Both the position numbers and the translations under genes were made by a program. Shown piece after piece: positions 53,654-54,073 of a stretch of 54,073 nt of DNA; within the stretch, counting starts at the first letter, position 1, and each line of letters begins with the position of its first letter. The notes under the pieces are model-generated. The model searched no databases, was not told where the DNA came from, and saw nothing but the letters and a program-made list of their open reading frames with translations. Source of the DNA: a virus (lineage: Duplodnaviria; Caudoviricetes); the IMG/VR virus record IMGVR_UViG_3300036900_000217, positions 1 to 54,073 of that record; one strand, 5' to 3'.

Positions 53654-54073
53654 ATGACGCTCGCCACGGCATGTCCAAAGCCGGCCAAGCGTGAGAAGTC
53701 GCCGCGGAAGCCGATGAAGCGCTCGCGAATTGCGGCGAAGAAGCGGAACGCCTCGGACTTCGCGCGCATTTACGGCAGCAAGGCACGGGTGCGCTGGATC
53801 AAGGAGCAAGACTGCTGGTGGTGCGGGCGCGCGGCGACAGAGGAGATGCCATCCGACAACGCGCACACGGTGAACGGTGGCAAGAGTCGCAAGGCCGACT
53901 TCTACACGATTTTGCCGCTCTGCCGCGCGCATCATCGGGCGTACGACAAGTACGAGCCGCCGTTTCACAGCGCCACGCTCCGCCGCATCGCGTTTCAAGC
54001 CGCCGCCCAGGTCGAATCACAGTGGCAACGAGTCAAGCACGTTCTCGCTGGCGAGTCTGTCGGCCTCCCCTCT
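53654..54073 (+). CDS. DUF968/Ref-like HNH-type nuclease (continues across the junction to stop at 140-142)
   Basis: WIKEQDCWWCG...NAH...KAD..ILPLCRAHH motif. Absent from the ORF track because it spans the ends. Confidence 0.7.
   Translation, partial: MTLATACPKPAKREKSPRKPMKRSRIAAKKRNASDFARIYGSKARVRWIKEQDCWWCGRAATEEMPSDNAHTVNGGKSRKADFYTILPLCRAHHRAYDKYEPPFHSATLRRIAFQAAAQVESQWQRVKHVLAGESVGLPS
53947..54073. repeat. Terminal direct repeat copy 2
   Basis: Identical to bases 1-127. Confidence 0.95.

Overview
The window is an apparently complete, circularly assembled, GC-rich tailed dsDNA phage genome of about 53,946 bp. Bases 1-127 equal bases 53947-54073, and an ORF reads across the junction. The gene set is that of a long non-contractile-tailed (siphovirus-type) phage. 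Almost all genes are on the + strand. Early/accessory and replication genes (49331-end and 1-12083) include a RecT-like recombinase, a Mom/GNAT-like protein, an intein-containing HerA/DUF87-like ATPase, a replication initiator, a DnaB-like helicase, a STAS protein, VRR-NUC and HNH nucleases. These are followed by packaging and head (12107-20428), neck and tail (20523-34267), an unusually large membrane/lysis region (34421-41229), a second virion-appendage cluster (41240-47326) and a short - strand immunity-type region with a CI/Cro-like switch (47323-49555). I found no integrase, partition system, tRNA, CRISPR array or reverse transcriptase. The most notable signals are: (1) a small protein ending in CPGSPRC that directly abuts a multi-pass membrane protein inside the lysis region, a candidate peptide signalling module; (2) a capsid-operon leader with three identical hairpin loops, the third mutually exclusive with a terminator, a candidate RNA attenuator switch; (3) a multi-stem, possibly pseudoknotted RNA downstream of cro; (4) a STAS protein lacking the phosphoacceptor Ser. 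All family calls come from motif recognition by eye, not from database searches.
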